From an uncultured bacterium (GTDB lineage: Bacteria; Zixibacteria; MSB-5A5; CAIYYT01): 64,000 bases of DNA. Positions 60,969 through 64,000 of the stretch are shown here, one piece after another. The DNA lies in assembly GCA_963726455.1 (NCBI GenBank), contig CAVSCK010000004.1, forward strand, positions 448,001 through 512,000, in the 5' to 3' direction. The notes beneath the pieces were generated by a model that had not been told where the DNA came from, searched no databases, and worked only from the letters and a program-made list of their open reading frames with translations. Position 1 is the first letter of the stretch, and the number at the start of each line of letters is the position of its first letter. The translations under genes were made by a program, and so were the position numbers.

Positions 60969-61769
60969 TTAGCGGCCTTCGTTCGGTTTTAAGTAGCGGA
61001 CAATCCTGCTGCCCAGTTCCTGCGAAAGTTCCGGTTGCGTGAGCAGCAGCATATTGCCGTAATGGTAGGAATTATAGACCTTGACGTCCAGCGGTCGCGG
61101 CAGGAGATCTGATAACAAGGTACAGGACTCCAGCGAGTAGACATCTTTGTCGGAGGTTGCGATGAACAGCGGACGGTCACCATACTTCTTGATTGGTTCA
61201 GCTATCCGCAGGCCGTTGTATTCCAGCGCCGGTGAAATTAAACCGGTGAATTTCACGTTCGGATGATTGGCGGCGAAGATCATCGCGGTATTGGCCCCCA
61301 GCTCAGCGCCTACAATCGCGATATTGTTTGAATCAATCATGTTGCCATGCTTCAGCAGCACCTGTTGCAGCATCTGCTCCACGTCTCCCGGATACTTGGA
61401 AAACTCACCGACATAGAATGTATTCGGCGGCCGATTACGCTGGGTGCGGAAGTCGAAAATCGAGTAACCATATCCGCGCATATCCATCGCAAATACTACC
61501 AGCCCCTTATTGCAAAGCGGTTCTTCGAATTCCTTCCACGTGGCATGTGTCTCGGTAGATTGGTGCAGCAATATGACCAGCGGCAACTTTGCCTTCCCGA
61601 TCGTCTTGGGAAAATACAGTTGCCCCACCAACTCCAGACTGTCGGGCGACATTACCGTGATCTCTGCCGAGTCCGGTGCCGGGAACTGTCTGCCGTCGGC
61701 TACTTCCGCCATGCCGATGCCGACTGCAATTGCCAGGAGGAGCGTGATGAGGGAACGAAAGGTAAGCAT
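60969..61769 (-). CDS. Secreted alpha/beta-hydrolase-fold protein with a degenerate nucleophile motif
   Basis: VILLH, DMRGYGYS, IAIVGAELGAN, LISP. Confidence 0.8.
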   Translation of the reverse strand: MLTFRSLITLLLAIAVGIGMAEVADGRQFPAPDSAEITVMSPDSLELVGQLYFPKTIGKAKLPLVILLHQSTETHATWKEFEEPLCNKGLVVFAMDMRGYGYSIFDFRTQRNRPPNTFYVGEFSKYPGDVEQMLQQVLLKHGNMIDSNNIAIVGAELGANTAMIFAANHPNVKFTGLISPALEYNGLRIAEPIKKYGDRPLFIATSDKDVYSLESCTLLSDLLPRPLDVKVYNSYHYGNMLLLTQPELSQELGSRIVRYLKPNEGR

Positions 61770-61775
61770 ATTAGG

Positions 61776-62924
61776 TTAGATCACTGTGCTTTCATCGCGC
61801 AACGCCGTTTCGACGAAACGATGCGGCGATAGGGGGGATATATCGAAAGAAGTCTTTTCACCGCAGACCAATTCTGACGTCACAATTCCGGCGGCCGGCG
61901 CGTGCATAAAACCATGTCCGGAAAATCCGGTGCAGTGGAACAGCCGGGGAAATGCGCCGCTTGATCCAATTATGGCGTGATGATCCGGCGTCGTCTCATA
62001 CAGGCCGCCCCAGGCCGCCTTGATCTCCGCCGTCTCCAACTGAGGAATTCGATCCAGCCCCTTCATCAGAATCGTATCCGTATATTCCGGATCCGTCGAT
62101 TCGTCGTAACCTTCGGGAGTGTCCTTATCCGCCCAACCCAGTAACAACCCGCCCGATTCCTTGTGAGTGTAAAGCCCCGAGCCGATATCAACCACCATCG
62201 GAAATGATGAGCCGATAAAATCCAGCGGCGCTGTCGTGACGATCTGGCGCTTGATCGGCGCCACCGGTAGGTCAATTCCCACGAATGCGGCTATCTGCCG
62301 TGAATAGGGACCTGCGGCATTGATCACGGTATCGGTGATCAGTTCGCCATTGTTCGTTGTCACCGATGATATCTTGTCTCCCGATGTCTTGATCCCGGTC
62401 GCTTCTGTTTCCAGCAAAAACTTGACACCCAACCGGCGGGCGGCGCTGACATACCCCTGCGTAAATTGATGCGGATCGCCAATCCCATCCTTCTTCGAAT
62501 ACGTGCCGGCAATTATATCATCCACGCGCAACGGAGGCGCCAGCTTCGCAATATCATCGCGCGACATCCACTGGGCCGGAACTCCCAAACGTTTCCACAT
62601 ATCGAATTGCGAGCGAAACGTCCTGACCTGATCCTCGGAGGTTAAGACAAATAGGTAACCCACCTGATCGAATTCCACTTCAGCATCCATATCCCTGGCG
62701 AAGGTTTCGAATTTGTCCTCGGATAAAAGCGACATCCGAACGTTAATTTCCGAACTGAACTGCGCCCTGATTCCACCCGCGCATTTTGCGGTCGAGCCGT
62801 TGCCCAGATATTGCTCTTTCTCGACAACCGCGATTCTGCCGACCTTTTTCGCCGCCAGGTGATATGCCGTTGCCACACCGATTATTCCGCCACCTATTAT
62901 CACGACATCATAACTATCAGACAT
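61776..62924 (-). CDS. FAD-dependent oxidoreductase (DAO / sarcosine oxidase beta-like)
   Basis: DVVIIGGGIIG, GSTAKCAGGIRAQF, TPDHHAIIG, GFSGHGFMHAP. Confidence 0.92.
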   Translation of the reverse strand: MSDSYDVVIIGGGIIGVATAYHLAAKKVGRIAVVEKEQYLGNGSTAKCAGGIRAQFSSEINVRMSLLSEDKFETFARDMDAEVEFDQVGYLFVLTSEDQVRTFRSQFDMWKRLGVPAQWMSRDDIAKLAPPLRVDDIIAGTYSKKDGIGDPHQFTQGYVSAARRLGVKFLLETEATGIKTSGDKISSVTTNNGELITDTVINAAGPYSRQIAAFVGIDLPVAPIKRQIVTTAPLDFIGSSFPMVVDIGSGLYTHKESGGLLLGWADKDTPEGYDESTDPEYTDTILMKGLDRIPQLETAEIKAAWGGLYETTPDHHAIIGSSGAFPRLFHCTGFSGHGFMHAPAAGIVTSELVCGEKTSFDISPLSPHRFVETALRDESTVI

Positions 62925-63101
62925 TACAATCCTCCTCCAGAGGTCAGGCAGTATTCTAGCCAATTACCGTCTGGAGTCAAGTAATTTCAGGTCGCGCGCA
63001 TGCGCTGCATCGAAGCAATTTAGACATTCAAAGTCGTCTCTCAGTGACACTAGATTCATGATCAGAAATTGACTGAATGAGCATCGGAGACTGCTACCGG
63101 A

Positions 63102-63552
63102 TTAATATGCCAGTGCCAGTATTTCGCTGACCTGTTCCAGAAACCGCTTGTCCTGATCAGTGAATGCAGCCGGAGTACGTCGAGTCGATGTCAATTTCAC
63201 CGACAACCTTGCCGTCTTTGAAGATCGGCACGACAATTTCCGATTTCGTTTCTATTGAGCAAGCCAGATAGCGCGGGTCTGCATTCACATCGTCGACGAT
63301 CAGTGTCTCTTCCGATTCAACCGCTGCGCCGCAGATTCCCGAACCCACTTTAATCCGCGTATGTGGTGACGGCTTGCCGAGAAACGGTCCCAACACCAGG
63401 ACATCGTCCGGCTTGAGATCGTAAATTCCCACCCAATTGTAGCTGGAGAAATTCTCCTTCAGCAGCCTGACCGCCTCCAGAGGAAGCTTTTTGACTGCAT
63501 CATTATCTGCGGAAATCACCCTCAAACGGGCGAGGATTTCTGACTGTGTCAC
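63102..63552 (-). CDS. msrC: GAF-domain protein, free methionine-R-sulfoxide reductase-like (+1 frameshift near 63177, probable error)
   Basis: NWVGIY, LGPFLG, GICG, YLACS...SEIVVP, IDIDS; the shifted frame gives PAAFTDQDKRFLEQV. Confidence 0.78.
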
Positions 63553-63718
63553 CTGACTTTTCGTCTCCTAATCTGCACGATTCCGGTAGTGATTCTAATT
63601 CCTTCATATTCTACGACATAGCCGCCGCAAATGTGCCAGCAATTTAGCTCGAAATCCCGCCTTGTCAACCCCGCTCACGGGCTTCAGCACAATGCAACAC
63701 CTGCCGATGCCTTAATGT

Positions 63719-64000
63719 ATGAGCAAAATTCCACGGATTCTCGTTGTCGACGACGAAGATTCCATGTGCAACTTCATGGAAATCATGCTGAAGAAAGAGG
63801 GCTATTCCGTCTCCACAGCGCAATCCGGAGCTGACGCCTTGGATCGCATCGCCAACGACAATCCCGACCTGGTGATCTCCGACATCATGATGCCGGAAAT
63901 GTCCGGTATCGAGTTGTTGACTGAAGTCAGAAAGCGCCGCGATGACCTGCATTTCATCGTCATGACCGCCTTTGCCTCTGTCGATTCGGCCGTGGAAGCG
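63719..64000 (+). CDS. Response regulator receiver domain (probably NtrC-type), truncated by window end
   Basis: RILVVDDE, DLVISDIMMPEMSG, FIVMTAFAS; not in the ORF track. Confidence 0.92.
   Translation, partial: MSKIPRILVVDDEDSMCNFMEIMLKKEGYSVSTAQSGADALDRIANDNPDLVISDIMMPEMSGIELLTEVRKRRDDLHFIVMTAFASVDSAVEA

Overview
Bacterial (Gram-negative-type) chromosomal window. The many C-terminal dockerin-like domains (GDANxDxxVDISDAVYLIxYIFxGGPAP) suggest candidate phylum Zixibacteria; this is an inference, not a database result. Bases 1-23.4 kb form an accessory signalling block next to tRNA-Leu(UAA). It holds two paralogous [STAS - ECF sigma - anti-sigma - PrsW protease] modules, two PP2C/SpoIIE phosphatases, an RsbW-like kinase, a Ser/Thr kinase-TPR protein and two large dockerin/FG-GAP surface proteins. 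In the second module the sigma gene is a decayed pseudogene missed by the ORF track. That module also encodes a membrane-anchored protein of 45 uninterrupted 9-residue repeats and a 990-aa HExxH-peptidase/beta-propeller/beta-barrel protein. One promoter-like motif (GAYCAACT-N16-GTAMTT) precedes both sigma copies and the repeat gene. I consider this the best candidate for an undescribed trans-envelope signalling system. The remainder is mostly housekeeping: a cohesin lipoprotein, fprA, an RRM protein, an SPFH/Zn-ribbon pair, ferritin, biotin carboxylase/BCCP/methylmalonyl-CoA mutase/epimerase, a dockerin metalloprotease split by one TAG, nuoA-N, an HI0933 flavoprotein, an alcohol dehydrogenase, purF, a third ECF/anti-sigma pair, a cupredoxin with five dockerins and others. 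The nuo operon carries a UXX-star glutaredoxin-like selenoprotein with a SECIS-like hairpin between nuoM and nuoN. Six +1 frameshifts between 41 and 63.2 kb look like sequencing errors. All family calls come from motif recognition by eye.
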